From positions 50,551-114,550 of IMG/VR virus record IMGVR_UViG_3300002835_000050: DNA of 64,000 bases, one strand, 5' to 3'. The position numbers were made by a program, and so were the translations under genes. The stretch is from a virus. Positions 1 through 10,049 of the stretch are shown here, in pieces (within the stretch, counting starts at the first letter, position 1; the number at the start of each line of letters is the position of its first letter). Under the pieces are notes generated by a model that made no database searches, was not told the origin of the DNA, and saw only the letters and a list, made by a program, of their open reading frames with translations.

Positions 1-2928
1 GGTGCTGAACTTGGTAATGAATCTCTTAATAGATTAAAAGATATTGAAGAAGAGATTATAAAATACAATGCTGAGTTTGATAGAGCTACAGGTTTATCTA
101 AAGATGAAGCTAAAAAATTAAGATATTATGAAGATGAGATAATTGCTTTAGGAAAAGCTTCAGAAATGACTGATGCTCAAAAAGCTGAATATCAATCATT
201 TATAAGTAATAAAACTGCATTTGGTTTATCTGAACAACAAATTGTTTATTTAAGAAGTAGATTTAAAAAATTAGCTGAATTAACATATACAGAACCTACT
301 GATTACTATATTACTACATTTAATGCAATGTTAGGTGACACTGATATAGAACTTATAACTAAAGAAACTGCAGATAGTTGGGTAAATTCAGAAAACCTTA
401 GAGTTGCAAAAGAAGCAAATCCAAAGTTTGCAGAATGGTTTGATAGAAATCATGTTGAGAAAGAAGTATTTAATGAAGGTAAAGCTGTTTATGAAACAGC
501 TAACATTAGAACTAAAGCATGGACAGTATCTAAACCAACTAATCCAAGTCATTATAAAAAAACAACATTAACTGATCCTAGTACAGGTTTAGAAATAGCA
601 GTTGATGGTATTCCTATTGGGAAATATTCATATTCAACAATTAAAAATGAATATAAGACAGGATATGATCCAAAAACTGGTAAAGTTAAATTAGAAGTAG
701 GTAAGCATATTGATAACCGTGGTAACTTTTTACCAAAGGAACAACCATTAGGAGGCCCATTCAGTAAATATATGAATGAGAAGTACTATGAGATGAAGAA
801 AGCTAACTCTGCTGAATTTAAATTATTAGAAGCTATTAAAAAACAAAGATTAATTAACCAAGAAAAGTCTCCATATGCATCAAGATTATATCTTGATTAT
901 GCAAGATTTAGAATTAATACTAACCTTGAATATGGTCAATCTGGTAAATTAGCAAGTGATGCAAAAGATAAAGTTGGTGCAGTAAGTGATGCTTTAAAAG
1001 CTTCTGTTACTAGAGCAGCTGATGATGTTGAAATTGGACAAGCTAATTTTGATCCTAAGTTTTTATATGTACCAACAGATTTACAAGGTAAGGCTTTACC
1101 AAAAGTTCCAGTAGCTGGTTTATATAAAATGAATCTTAATTCTGTTTCTAAAGATGTAATTACTTCAGAGTTAAATTATATGAACTCTTTAGATCTTCAA
1201 AAAGTATTGCTTGATACACAATCAACAGCTAATGCAGTAGTTGATGTATTAGGAGATCCTGATAATGCATTAGATAGATTAGATAGAGTAAGTAGTAAAT
1301 TATCTAGAGCTCAAGACAAAGCTGCAGTATTCTTAAAAAGAGATACTAATAATAAGTTACAATTTGCTAAAGATTTTATTGCCCGTACATGGTATGGTGA
1401 AAATGTTAGTGAGTACCAACAAGAAAACCCTATTATTTCTAAGTTAGTTAGAAAATCTATGGGTGCTGCTAGTTTTGCTTTCTATAATTTAAATCCAACA
1501 TCTACTATTAAGAATAAGGGTGGGATGACCTTTCAAAAATTAATTTTTACTGCTGGAGGCAAACACATTAGTTTTGCGTCAATGGCAAGAGGACAAATTA
1601 AAGCTACTAAAGCTGTATTTGAATATGCTACATCTGGTAATTATACAACAGGTATTAAAAGTTTAGATATGCAGTTAATGGATGCATTTGATATGTCTCC
1701 AGGTAAAACTAAAAAGGATGCTAAAAAATCTCATACTAATACAGCAATTAAACAATTACTTGATGGAGCATGGATGTATTCAGATAGAAAATTAACTGAG
1801 GTACAAGGAGCTCTAGAAATAGGATTCAGTTTAATGGATTGGCAAATGGTAGACCAAGTTCAACCAGACGGTACTGTTAAACAAATAAGATATGTTGATG
1901 CATTTGAAACAGGTGATGATGGTATTGCTAAATTAAAAGATGGTATCAATCCTGAGTGGGGAATGAACTATATTGATCATGTTGTAGAAACTGGTGAGAC
2001 TCTAGAGTCTATTGCTAAAAAATACAATATGACTGTAGAAGAGTTAAAATTAAAAAATAAAATTACTAAAGCAGATACTGTTGAAGAAGGTAAATCTTTA
2101 ATCATTTCTAGAAACACTAAGTTTAATATGATGAAACTTAGAATGGCTAGTGCTAACAAAAAACTTAATGGTAGTATGTCAGCAATAGATTCTCCAACAG
2201 CAGAAAAAAATCTATGGTATGATGTTGTATCATTCTCTAGAAAGTTTGCTACAGGTATGTTCTTATCAAGATTTCAAATGGATACATCTAAAGGAAACTT
2301 TGGAGGTAAAGTATGGGATTGGGATTTAGATGAAGCTACTAGAGGTTCTTATATTACTTTCTTACAAAATGGTTATCAGTTAACAAAAAGTGTTGGTAAG
2401 TATTGGTCAGTAATGACTAAAGATGAAAAAGCTGCTTTTTATAAAATCATGATGGAAGGAATGCTATTGACTTTATCTACTATAGCAATTACAATGTTAT
2501 TTGGTTTTGAAGGAGATGATGAAGACAGGTTTAAAAAGTTAAAAGAAAGAGAAGAGAAATATGGTAATGTAGGTTGGTTAGCTAATCATATGCTTTATCA
2601 AATCATCATGGTACAAAAAGAAAATAGTACAATGATACCTCTTCCTGGATTAGGAGCTGCAGACTGGTTAGATTTTAGTAGTACTAGTAGTATTGTTATG
2701 GGTCCAACATTAGAGTTGTATCAAAAAATATTTATGGATTTAGCTTATATAGTAACAGGTAATGATAAAGCTATTTATAAACAAGAAGTAGGACCTTACT
2801 CATGGCAAGAAGAAGGTAATTACAAATTGTGGAATCATTTAGCAAGTATATTTGGAGTATCTGGTAAAAACTACAGTCCAATATGGGCAATTAAGAAAAA
2901 TGAAGTTTTCACAAATCTTAGAAGTTAA
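1..2928 (+). CDS. Large virion cargo/ejection protein, crAss-like (5' truncated), with an internal LysM domain
   Basis: Frame 1 is open from base 1 to TAA at 2926-2928. LysM-like HVVETGETLESIAKKYNMTVEELKLKN at about 1978-2106; hydrophobic segments near the C-terminus; last large gene before the convergence with the replication block. Confidence 0.7.
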   Translation, partial: GAELGNESLNRLKDIEEEIIKYNAEFDRATGLSKDEAKKLRYYEDEIIALGKASEMTDAQKAEYQSFISNKTAFGLSEQQIVYLRSRFKKLAELTYTEPTDYYITTFNAMLGDTDIELITKETADSWVNSENLRVAKEANPKFAEWFDRNHVEKEVFNEGKAVYETANIRTKAWTVSKPTNPSHYKKTTLTDPSTGLEIAVDGIPIGKYSYSTIKNEYKTGYDPKTGKVKLEVGKHIDNRGNFLPKEQPLGGPFSKYMNEKYYEMKKANSAEFKLLEAIKKQRLINQEKSPYASRLYLDYARFRINTNLEYGQSGKLASDAKDKVGAVSDALKASVTRAADDVEIGQANFDPKFLYVPTDLQGKALPKVPVAGLYKMNLNSVSKDVITSELNYMNSLDLQKVLLDTQSTANAVVDVLGDPDNALDRLDRVSSKLSRAQDKAAVFLKRDTNNKLQFAKDFIARTWYGENVSEYQQENPIISKLVRKSMGAASFAFYNLNPTSTIKNKGGMTFQKLIFTAGGKHISFASMARGQIKATKAVFEYATSGNYTTGIKSLDMQLMDAFDMSPGKTKKDAKKSHTNTAIKQLLDGAWMYSDRKLTEVQGALEIGFSLMDWQMVDQVQPDGTVKQIRYVDAFETGDDGIAKLKDGINPEWGMNYIDHVVETGETLESIAKKYNMTVEELKLKNKITKADTVEEGKSLIISRNTKFNMMKLRMASANKKLNGSMSAIDSPTAEKNLWYDVVSFSRKFATGMFLSRFQMDTSKGNFGGKVWDWDLDEATRGSYITFLQNGYQLTKSVGKYWSVMTKDEKAAFYKIMMEGMLLTLSTIAITMLFGFEGDDEDRFKKLKEREEKYGNVGWLANHMLYQIIMVQKENSTMIPLPGLGAADWLDFSSTSSIVMGPTLELYQKIFMDLAYIVTGNDKAIYKQEVGPYSWQEEGNYKLWNHLASIFGVSGKNYSPIWAIKKNEVFTNLRS

Positions 2929-2945
2929 ACAATAAATAGTAAACA

Positions 2946-3083
2946 ATGGCAAAGGCAACAACAACAATCAAAATTTACACTAAGCCTAAAGTATCTAGGC
3001 CGGGTGTACATGCTAAAACTAAATCTTCTAAAATGAAGAGCTCTAAGAATTATCAAAAGAAATATAATTCACAAGGGAGGTAA
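2946..3083 (+). CDS. Small basic protein (45 aa)
   Basis: Translated by hand: MAKATTTIKIYTKPKVSRPGVHAKTKSSKMKSSKNYQKKYNSQGR. Below the ORF-track cutoff. Confidence 0.75.
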   Translation: MAKATTTIKIYTKPKVSRPGVHAKTKSSKMKSSKNYQKKYNSQGR

Positions 3084-3084
3084 G

Positions 3085-3115
3085 AAAAAAAAAGGGGAAC
3101 CATTACAGTTCCCCT
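3085..3115 (-). terminator. Intrinsic terminator at the convergence point
   Basis: AGGGGAAC/GTTCCCCT stem followed by a T-run on the minus strand. Confidence 0.8.
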
Positions 3116-3450
3116 AATTCTATGTCAAGTAATTGACAAAATAATTTTTTTGTTTCAGCTTCTACAGCTTCTTTTGGCCACTTTTCAATACTGTCATTGT
3201 AGTGACTAGTATCAAAACCAATCACCCACCAATCTTTTGGTGCATTAACACCATCTCCAAAATCAAAATATGTAATTCCTCCGTGTACATCTATATCATA
3301 TAACATATTATGATAATCCATTTTACATGCAGGATGTGTTGGTGGTACAGCTACATAACCATTACCCCAACCTCTACTAACAAATACATTTCCTCTTACT
3401 AAATTTGGATAAATATTTTTGTTTTCTTTTTCAATTATATACCAAATCAT
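3103..3450 (-). CDS. Conserved phage hypothetical protein
   Basis: GWGNGYV...HGGITY...IGFDTSH motif pattern is common in phage proteins. Confidence 0.7.
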   Translation of the reverse strand: MIWYIIEKENKNIYPNLVRGNVFVSRGWGNGYVAVPPTHPACKMDYHNMLYDIDVHGGITYFDFGDGVNAPKDWWVIGFDTSHYNDSIEKWPKEAVEAETKKLFCQLLDIELGEL

Positions 3451-3453
3451 AGT

Positions 3454-3627
3454 TTATTCATCTTCTTCACAACATTCACAATCTTCTATCTCTTCAATAC
3501 CAAAATAGTCATCATGCCAAGTTCTAGCATCATCTTTTGTAGGTCTTTCATAACACCCACAATACATTGATTCAGCACCAGCCATGTATGCTTCTATTAA
3601 TAGTTTTTTAAGAGTTGCTTTGTTCAT
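3454..3627 (-). CDS. Hypothetical Cys/acidic small protein
   Basis: ORF; likely start MNKATLKK. Confidence 0.55.
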   Translation of the reverse strand: MNKATLKKLLIEAYMAGAESMYCGCYERPTKDDARTWHDDYFGIEEIEDCECCEEDE

Positions 3628-4039
3628 GTTTTTCTTGTGTTTCAACTAAATTTTGTATTCTTTTTCTACCCTTTTCTGCAATTGGAATAGGATTACCTTC
3701 TTCATCTATATGTACAAAAGTAATTTGTGTTTTTAATACTAAAACCTGCTTCCCTGTATATACATTGTGAGCACGGGCCTCCATATATAAAGTTACAGAT
3801 GCATTACCTAATCTAGTTGGATAACCATAGATTTTAAGTAATTGACTCTCTCTTGCAGGTTTTTCAAAATTACACTTATCAATAGACACAGTAACCATTC
3901 TTGGGGTATCACATAATTGCATAGAGTATCCTGCAGCTGCAGCATCTATCCATGCTAAAAGTTTACCTCCAAATAAATTTCCATGAAAACCTAAATCAGA
4001 TTTCTTAATTGGGTGTGTATTCAGCAGTTCCATCTTCAA
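3608..4039 (-). CDS. Acyl-CoA thioesterase (hotdog fold, YciA-like)
   Basis: DLGFHGNLFGGKLLAWIDAAA...VTVSID...F..P...TFVHIDEEGNP. Confidence 0.85.
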   Translation of the reverse strand: MKMELLNTHPIKKSDLGFHGNLFGGKLLAWIDAAAAGYSMQLCDTPRMVTVSIDKCNFEKPARESQLLKIYGYPTRLGNASVTLYMEARAHNVYTGKQVLVLKTQITFVHIDEEGNPIPIAEKGRKRIQNLVETQEKHEQSNS

Positions 4040-4373
4040 TTTCTACTAGTTTATATTTAGATAAATCTATTCCTTGTCTTGTTAATGTTGTAATATTTGC
4101 TAAAGCTGTACCGTCACCTTTTGCTAATTGTTCTCCTATGATAACAATAGCTTGCATAAAAGTTGGTGCTGTTTCAGGATCATTATCCCACATCTGTCTT
4201 TTTCTCTTATCATTAACTTGAGTCAGTGCATTAATAGCTTCTCTAATTTTAACTTTGACTTTACCTTGTTGATAAACAGTACCTTCTAATTCAAGAGCAC
4301 AATTTTGTACAACCTGCATTGCAGACAGTAAAGTAACATAAGTTATTAAATCTTGTGAGATTTCTTCAGACAT
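4005..4373 (-). CDS. Hypothetical protein
   Basis: ORF in tight operon arrangement. Confidence 0.6.
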   Translation of the reverse strand: MSEEISQDLITYVTLLSAMQVVQNCALELEGTVYQQGKVKVKIREAINALTQVNDKRKRQMWDNDPETAPTFMQAIVIIGEQLAKGDGTALANITTLTRQGIDLSKYKLVEIEDGTAEYTPN

Positions 4374-4375
4374 AA

Positions 4376-4762
4376 TTAATCAACTTTAATAAATTTAGTT
4401 AAGTCTGGTTTAAAGTAATTGGGACCTTTTAGAATTTTAAGATCATCTCTTAATACAGGTTTACCATCTTCTCCTAACTTACTCATATTACTTGCTTGGA
4501 TTTCATCAAATACATCTTCTATAATATGTTGCATACCATGTCTTAGGATTGTACCACATAAGATATACAACTGATCTCCCAAAGCATCTGCAATTTCTAT
4601 TAAAGAATTAGATTCACATCCTTCTAAGTATTCATAGTTTTCTTCAGCCATTAACTTATATCTAAGATCATACTCATCTTTTGTTAAAGGTCTTGGATAT
4701 GTACCATTATCTTGTCCAAATGCATTATGGAACTTTTCTACTGCTTCAATTTGTTTTTTCAT
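4376..4762 (-). CDS. MazG-like NTP pyrophosphohydrolase (all-alpha dUTPase type)
   Basis: EENYEY...IADALGDQLY...SNMSK...KILKGPNYFKP. Confidence 0.85.
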   Translation of the reverse strand: MKKQIEAVEKFHNAFGQDNGTYPRPLTKDEYDLRYKLMAEENYEYLEGCESNSLIEIADALGDQLYILCGTILRHGMQHIIEDVFDEIQASNMSKLGEDGKPVLRDDLKILKGPNYFKPDLTKFIKVD

Positions 4763-5064
4763 GGGCGTGTTTGTTTTAATAACTGCATTAATTGTTTGTG
4801 TAGTAACTCATTTCTTTTTGTTAAGTCTACTATCTTATTAAGATTATCTTTATTTATTAACTTTAATTTTTCAGTTTCTTTACTTAATAAACTGTTTTTA
4901 TAGTTCATTTTCATAATCACTGCATCTTTTTCAGATTGTTTTAACTTAACAGCTTCTTCTAACTCAACAATATATGCATTCTGTTTACCTAATTCAATTC
5001 TTAATGTTTGAATTAATAATTCATCTGGAACTTTTTCTAATCCTGACCATTCTTTATCTTTCAT
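4759..5064 (-). CDS. Coiled-coil hypothetical protein
   Basis: ORF preceded by TAACTTTG promoter element at 5069-5076. Confidence 0.6.
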   Translation of the reverse strand: MKDKEWSGLEKVPDELLIQTLRIELGKQNAYIVELEEAVKLKQSEKDAVIMKMNYKNSLLSKETEKLKLINKDNLNKIVDLTKRNELLHKQLMQLLKQTRP

Positions 5065-5074
5065 ATAACAAAGT

Positions 5075-5109
5075 TAAAAAAAAAGAGGTAACATATGCTA
5101 CCCCTTTTA
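5075..5109 (-). terminator. Intrinsic terminator
   Basis: Minus strand AAAAGGGGTAGC-ATAT-GTTACCTCTTTT followed by a T-run. Confidence 0.75.
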
Positions 5110-5119
5110 TTAGTAAATA

Positions 5120-6328
5120 TTAAAATTCAAATGCTACATCATCATCTTCATCTTCAACAGAAGTAAAGTCTAAATCAAAATTAGCTTCTTCCATTTCTAT
5201 AACCGGTTCTATAACAGGTTGAATAAGATCTAGATTAGCTTCTTCATATTCTTCTGGTGTTGGTTCTAAGCTTGGTTGAGGATCTACTTCTTCAAAGAAG
5301 TTTTCTACTTCAGTTAGTAATATTTCTTCTTCCAAATCTTTCACAGTCTCAGCATCATGTCCAGCACAAGGAGGAACTACTGGTGCTTCAAAAGTATTAC
5401 CTGCAGCATCAGTATATTGCATTACTTCATCTATCGTAATATTACGATCAATGACCTCTTGTTCATCATTTGCAGCATATCTGATATCTTCATCTATGAT
5501 ATCAGCTTCCATATCAGCAATCTGATCTAACAAACTAACTTGATTAGGATCTGAATAGACAACCGGTACAACTACCTCTTCTACTACAGGAACAACAACA
5601 ACTGCTGGAGCCTGTGCAAAGTTATTAATACTAGAAATAAAGTAGTGTAATATTCTTTGATCTTCCATCCAAGTCTTAGGATGAGAAATCTGTAAAGCTA
5701 AAGTTACATAGTTATAGAATGCCCATAAGGAACCACTCTCTTCAAATACATGAGTAGGCTTATCCATTTGTTGTCTAATTACACTAGCTTGTTCTGTAGT
5801 AAGAATTTGATACTCAGCAAATAAAATACCAAGCATTTGAGCTTGTTTTCTTTTAGTCATTGGTACTTGTTTCATTGCTTCTTTATCACTAACTAATTGA
5901 TCATAATACATTTGAGCATTAGCAATTTGATCAGTAATAGTATTCAATGTTTCTTCATCTGCAGTTCCGGTGTGTTTTCTAGACCAGTTACCCATATCTC
6001 CACAAACCATTACGGTTCCTGTTTTATTGATAAAAGCACCAACACCACATTTAAATCTTACTTGTTTGTTATAACTGTTTGTCCAAGCAAACATCATTGA
6101 TAACTCAGGATCATTATTATAGGTTAATCTATAAATTGCTTGAGCAATATTTCCATCGGCAGTAGCTCTGTACTCCTCATCAGCAATACTAAATCCTGCA
6201 TTAGTAAGAGCAGTAGCTGACATATCCATAACTGATTCATGACTAATAACAGTATAGCTGTCCCCATGTACGGGAAGAGCTATATCTATTAAACTTGCTT
6301 TTGTGCAATCTTGAATTTTCTTTGGCAT
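5120..6328 (-). CDS. DUF932/DUF945-like protein with long acidic tail
   Basis: NSYNK...F.CGVG...VC...RKHTG...SLWAFYNYVT pattern; about 150-aa acidic C-terminus. Confidence 0.6.
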   Translation of the reverse strand: MPKKIQDCTKASLIDIALPVHGDSYTVISHESVMDMSATALTNAGFSIADEEYRATADGNIAQAIYRLTYNNDPELSMMFAWTNSYNKQVRFKCGVGAFINKTGTVMVCGDMGNWSRKHTGTADEETLNTITDQIANAQMYYDQLVSDKEAMKQVPMTKRKQAQMLGILFAEYQILTTEQASVIRQQMDKPTHVFEESGSLWAFYNYVTLALQISHPKTWMEDQRILHYFISSINNFAQAPAVVVVPVVEEVVVPVVYSDPNQVSLLDQIADMEADIIDEDIRYAANDEQEVIDRNITIDEVMQYTDAAGNTFEAPVVPPCAGHDAETVKDLEEEILLTEVENFFEEVDPQPSLEPTPEEYEEANLDLIQPVIEPVIEMEEANFDLDFTSVEDEDDDVAFEF

Positions 6329-6329
6329 T

Positions 6330-8237
6330 TTAAAATAATTTTAATTGGTTATTAATAGGTTCTAAAGACCTAATTTCTTTATAAATATTTTCTAAATAAT
6401 ATTTTTGATTGATTCTATATTCAGAAAATACTTTCTCTTCATAGTCAATCATAATAGTTTGCATCCATTTCCCGGCCTCTACCTGGATTTCTCTGCCATC
6501 ACTATTATTAGTTTTAATTATTTTAGATCCATTGTCTGATACAAAATATCTTATTGTATGTTGTAAAGGAGTATTAGTATAAGTTCCATCAACAACAGTA
6601 TGCTGATGAAATGTCCAATCACCTTTAATTTTTACACCACCACAATAATCAAATATGTTTTGGTTCTCAGCTAAATAATCTTCAGGTTTAACACCTTCTA
6701 CAAAGTATGCATGTATAGCTTTAGGTATAATTAAGAAACTCTTGTTTTTATGAAGAGCTAAATCTTTATACTCAAATCTACCTTTACACTTAGATTTTCC
6801 ATCTTCAGTAACAGCAATATAGTTATTAACGTCACCTAAGATTATTTTACTATAAGTGTCATGCTCAAGCTGCAGTAATGTTTGTTTTTCCCAGCGCGCA
6901 CATATCTCCATATACTTATCTACATATTCTCTTGGGATTAAAGTCTCAAGACCATCTGTATTTTGCATAATCGGCATAGCACCCGGAATCTCTTCACAAA
7001 TCATTTCATATAACATGCTTAGACATAACTGACCATTAATAGTAATTCTCATAGTAAACTCAGGATCATATAGAAAACTATGTTCATCATTACTTAAACC
7101 ATAAGTTGAATTTAAGATAATCTTATACACATAATTTCTTGGATCAGATTTAGGAATCTTTTTTCTTTCTTCAAAGAACCACTCATATAAATCACAAAAA
7201 TCTTTTTGTGGTAAGTGTCCTGGTGCCCATTTATTTCTAATAGCTAGATTAGGATAGAAACTGGTAACATCAGAAGTCATAATAACCATGTCTTTATCAG
7301 ATTCATAAACCTTAGAAGATCTAGCACCATGTATACCACCTAAGCCATAATCTGTTTTCACTCCTTTGTACTGAATAGAATACTTAAATCCTCCTTTAGT
7401 CTCACCTGGATAGATGTCTACTTCATTAAACTTCTTTAAAAGATTTTGAAATGTAGCTGTCTTAAATTCAATATAAGGTAGTATAATATCTTTTACTACA
7501 ATCTTAGGCCTATGAGTTCTCATTTGCTTAAGATGGTATTTTTTAATTCCTGTCTGATTACTTAAGAAATGTAAAAATAATTCTTTAGAAATTCTAGGCT
7601 CAGAGGCAGAGAATAAATCAATGTTGTATTCTTCAGTTAAAGTTCTTCTCAAAGCAATCTGATCTTTACTAAACTTCATTATCTGTTTAGTAGACTTAAC
7701 ATCATTAATACAATATGTAATTATCATTGGAATTTGTGAACTCTCAATTTTAGTAGTATGGTGTATGGGCATATCAATGATATTCTTCCAATCCATAGTA
7801 TACTGAATCCACTTTAATGAACTTCTCTTAGCTGGATTATCCCAGTGATTAAGTTTAAATACATCTACCTGTCTAATTTGGATATCACGGGGTCTAAACT
7901 CTAAAAATTCTCCATTGTTTTGTCTATAAATTACTTCTTGTGCTTTTCCATAAATAAATTTAGCTACATCTTCAGCTGTCATATTTAACAGTTCATATGC
8001 ATTATTTAAGATATATTGTGTTATTTGACTATCAAAGCCTAGACCATTGAAACTTACATGCCATTCATCTTGTACAATATTAGTATCAAGAAAGTTTAGG
8101 AATTCTTTTAGATCATTTCTACTTTCATGTATAACAAATACTTCTTGATGTTCAGACTTAATATCCTCAAAGCAGGCTATAAAACAGTTGGATAAGGTCT
8201 CGAAATCCATCACCCAATGTGTGCGGTCTCTATTCAT
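6330..8237 (-). CDS. DNA polymerase, family B type with 3'-5' exonuclease
   Basis: ExoI DFET, ExoII FNGLGFD, ExoIII YCINDV; polymerase motifs DVTSFYP, KIILNSTYG, NTDG. Confidence 0.9.
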   Translation of the reverse strand: MNRDRTHWVMDFETLSNCFIACFEDIKSEHQEVFVIHESRNDLKEFLNFLDTNIVQDEWHVSFNGLGFDSQITQYILNNAYELLNMTAEDVAKFIYGKAQEVIYRQNNGEFLEFRPRDIQIRQVDVFKLNHWDNPAKRSSLKWIQYTMDWKNIIDMPIHHTTKIESSQIPMIITYCINDVKSTKQIMKFSKDQIALRRTLTEEYNIDLFSASEPRISKELFLHFLSNQTGIKKYHLKQMRTHRPKIVVKDIILPYIEFKTATFQNLLKKFNEVDIYPGETKGGFKYSIQYKGVKTDYGLGGIHGARSSKVYESDKDMVIMTSDVTSFYPNLAIRNKWAPGHLPQKDFCDLYEWFFEERKKIPKSDPRNYVYKIILNSTYGLSNDEHSFLYDPEFTMRITINGQLCLSMLYEMICEEIPGAMPIMQNTDGLETLIPREYVDKYMEICARWEKQTLLQLEHDTYSKIILGDVNNYIAVTEDGKSKCKGRFEYKDLALHKNKSFLIIPKAIHAYFVEGVKPEDYLAENQNIFDYCGGVKIKGDWTFHQHTVVDGTYTNTPLQHTIRYFVSDNGSKIIKTNNSDGREIQVEAGKWMQTIMIDYEEKVFSEYRINQKYYLENIYKEIRSLEPINNQLKLF

Positions 8238-8694
8238 TTTTTAAATATTTAATTGCATTTTCTAAACTATGGATGTTGTCTTTAAAATTACCCAAAGCAA
8301 GATTGCAGTTATTACATAACAGTCCTCTTACTTTTCCTGTAGTATGACAATGATCAACTGATAATAACTTATCAAGGTCTGTGTCAAGAGTTAAACAAAT
8401 AGCACACCTATGACCTTGTTCTTCTAACATTTGTAAATAAATATCATGAGTAATATCAATACCATAGGTTTTATTCCATGAGTATACTTTTCTTCTCAAG
8501 ATATGTTTATGTTTATTTTTTACATAAGCCTTATTAGCAATTGCCTTACATTTATCAGGATTTTTTGCATAATAATCAAGCATATGCTTATTAGAACAGG
8601 TTTTACAATGTGAATGTAAACCATCTTTTCTACTTCTATCAGTCCTAAAACACTCATTAGGCTGAGCAATTTTGCATTTTGTACATGTTTTCAT
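8230..8694 (-). CDS. Endonuclease VII-family HNH (free-standing homing-type) endonuclease
   Basis: Likely start MKTCTKC; CAIC...VDHCHTTGKVRGLLCNNCNLALGNFKDN. Confidence 0.85.
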   Translation of the reverse strand: MKTCTKCKIAQPNECFRTDRSRKDGLHSHCKTCSNKHMLDYYAKNPDKCKAIANKAYVKNKHKHILRRKVYSWNKTYGIDITHDIYLQMLEEQGHRCAICLTLDTDLDKLLSVDHCHTTGKVRGLLCNNCNLALGNFKDNIHSLENAIKYLKNE

Positions 8695-8752
8695 GACTAT
8701 AAAAATACTAATAATTTTTATAATCACAAATAATCCATTACCCAGTGAGTTC

Positions 8753-8983
8753 TCATGGTACTTTTTTAAATAGTTCTTCAAGTATAGGATCAAGTAATTT
8801 CTTAGTATCAATCCAGATTTTTGTTTCAGAAGGCATTTTAGCCTCACAGTTATTACAGTGCTCAACTCTTTCTGAATGTGTAGGACTACAACAAGAACAA
8901 GTAATAGGAAATCTAAAATAAGTTATTAATACTGGACCTTCCTTTTTACAATAGCGACACATTCCCCATGGTGCATTTCCCAT
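8753..8983 (-). CDS. Small Cys-rich (zinc-binding) protein
   Basis: CRYC, CSCC, HCNNC. Confidence 0.6.
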   Translation of the reverse strand: MGNAPWGMCRYCKKEGPVLITYFRFPITCSCCSPTHSERVEHCNNCEAKMPSETKIWIDTKKLLDPILEELFKKVP

Positions 8984-9025
8984 AATATTGATGTTCAGTT
9001 AAGCTGTTCCCCCATTTAGTTAAAT

Positions 9026-9053
9026 AAAAAAAGGAGCAGTTAAACCACTCCTT
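9026..9053 (-). terminator. Intrinsic terminator
   Basis: AAGGAGTGGTTTAACTGCTCCTTTTTTT on the minus strand. Confidence 0.7.
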
Positions 9054-9074
9054 CTTTATATAGTTGTAGTTTAA

Positions 9075-9446
9075 TTACTTTGTTTTTTCTGCAGGAACTT
9101 CTGTTCCTAAAAATTGATTATAGTCAAAAGTCTTTGCATTAATAGCAAATAACTCTACTAAATCTTTAATAGCATCTGCATGCTCAATATAGAATTCTTG
9201 AAATACATCAACTTTATGTCTTTCTTCTTTACGGCCTTTTGCACCCATTGCTGGTTGACCATACTCATCTAACTTAGGAAGCATCTGTAAAGAAGTTCTT
9301 CTAATTTTAGAAATAATTACAAATACTTTTGTACCTGGATCAAAGATACATTCCACATATGGACATGTTGCATCAATAGGAACCATTCTAAAAGTTTGAC
9401 TTTCTTGCCATGTAGCTTGTACAAGCATCATTGTTTTTTCACTCAT
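9075..9446 (-). CDS. Conserved hypothetical protein
   Basis: ORF followed by a terminator. Confidence 0.7.
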   Translation of the reverse strand: MSEKTMMLVQATWQESQTFRMVPIDATCPYVECIFDPGTKVFVIISKIRRTSLQMLPKLDEYGQPAMGAKGRKEERHKVDVFQEFYIEHADAIKDLVELFAINAKTFDYNQFLGTEVPAEKTK

Positions 9447-9478
9447 TTTGTTAGTTTTTTTTATAAATATAGTGCAAA

Positions 9479-10045
9479 TTAATCTAGAATTTTTATATTT
9501 TCCAAATTTGTTACTTTAATAAGTAGATTTTCTTTTACTGCATCAGGCTTTTCACATAGTTCACTAACTTCTATTAGCAAACTAACCTCTACATTTAATA
9601 AAAGAGCATAATCTCCATAGTATTTTTCAGGAAATAAATAACTATTTACATAAACATGATTTGCACTATTATCATTAAAATAATTTAGAATTTTGCGCTT
9701 AATTTTTTCATTCATTTTACTATATCTGCCATTAATAAAATGGTCCCAATCAGTTTTTAAATCAGAAAAATCAAATATAAATACACTTGTTGTACTATCA
9801 ACTTCAATATAATCACAAAGTCTAGTATTTTTCATAAGTACATTGTTTTCAAATTGAATATACTCAGGAGAATTACTAGTATGATATACACAAACAAGTT
9901 TAGCATCCTCAGAGGAATACTTATTATCCCAGCTAACATAAGTTTCACTTGGAACTGCATAAGAACCTCTTTTAATATCTAAGAGCGGATACATAAATAT
10001 CTTAGACTTTTGGAAATATTTCCGGTAAAGCGCATTTAACCCCAT
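9479..10045 (-). CDS. Hypothetical protein
   Basis: ORF in operon. Confidence 0.7.
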   Translation of the reverse strand: MGLNALYRKYFQKSKIFMYPLLDIKRGSYAVPSETYVSWDNKYSSEDAKLVCVYHTSNSPEYIQFENNVLMKNTRLCDYIEVDSTTSVFIFDFSDLKTDWDHFINGRYSKMNEKIKRKILNYFNDNSANHVYVNSYLFPEKYYGDYALLLNVEVSLLIEVSELCEKPDAVKENLLIKVTNLENIKILD

Positions 10046-10049
10046 AATT

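Noticed and set aside
6330-8694. Intron or intein associated with the DNA polymerase
   Set aside because: Polymerase motifs are contiguous in one ORF; the EndoVII-type nuclease is free-standing upstream. TerL likewise shows no insertion.
8995-9014. GGGGGAACAGCTTAACTGAAC upstream of the polymerase operon as a translational operator
   Set aside because: Only a 3-bp stem and a single copy; cannot be supported without comparative data.
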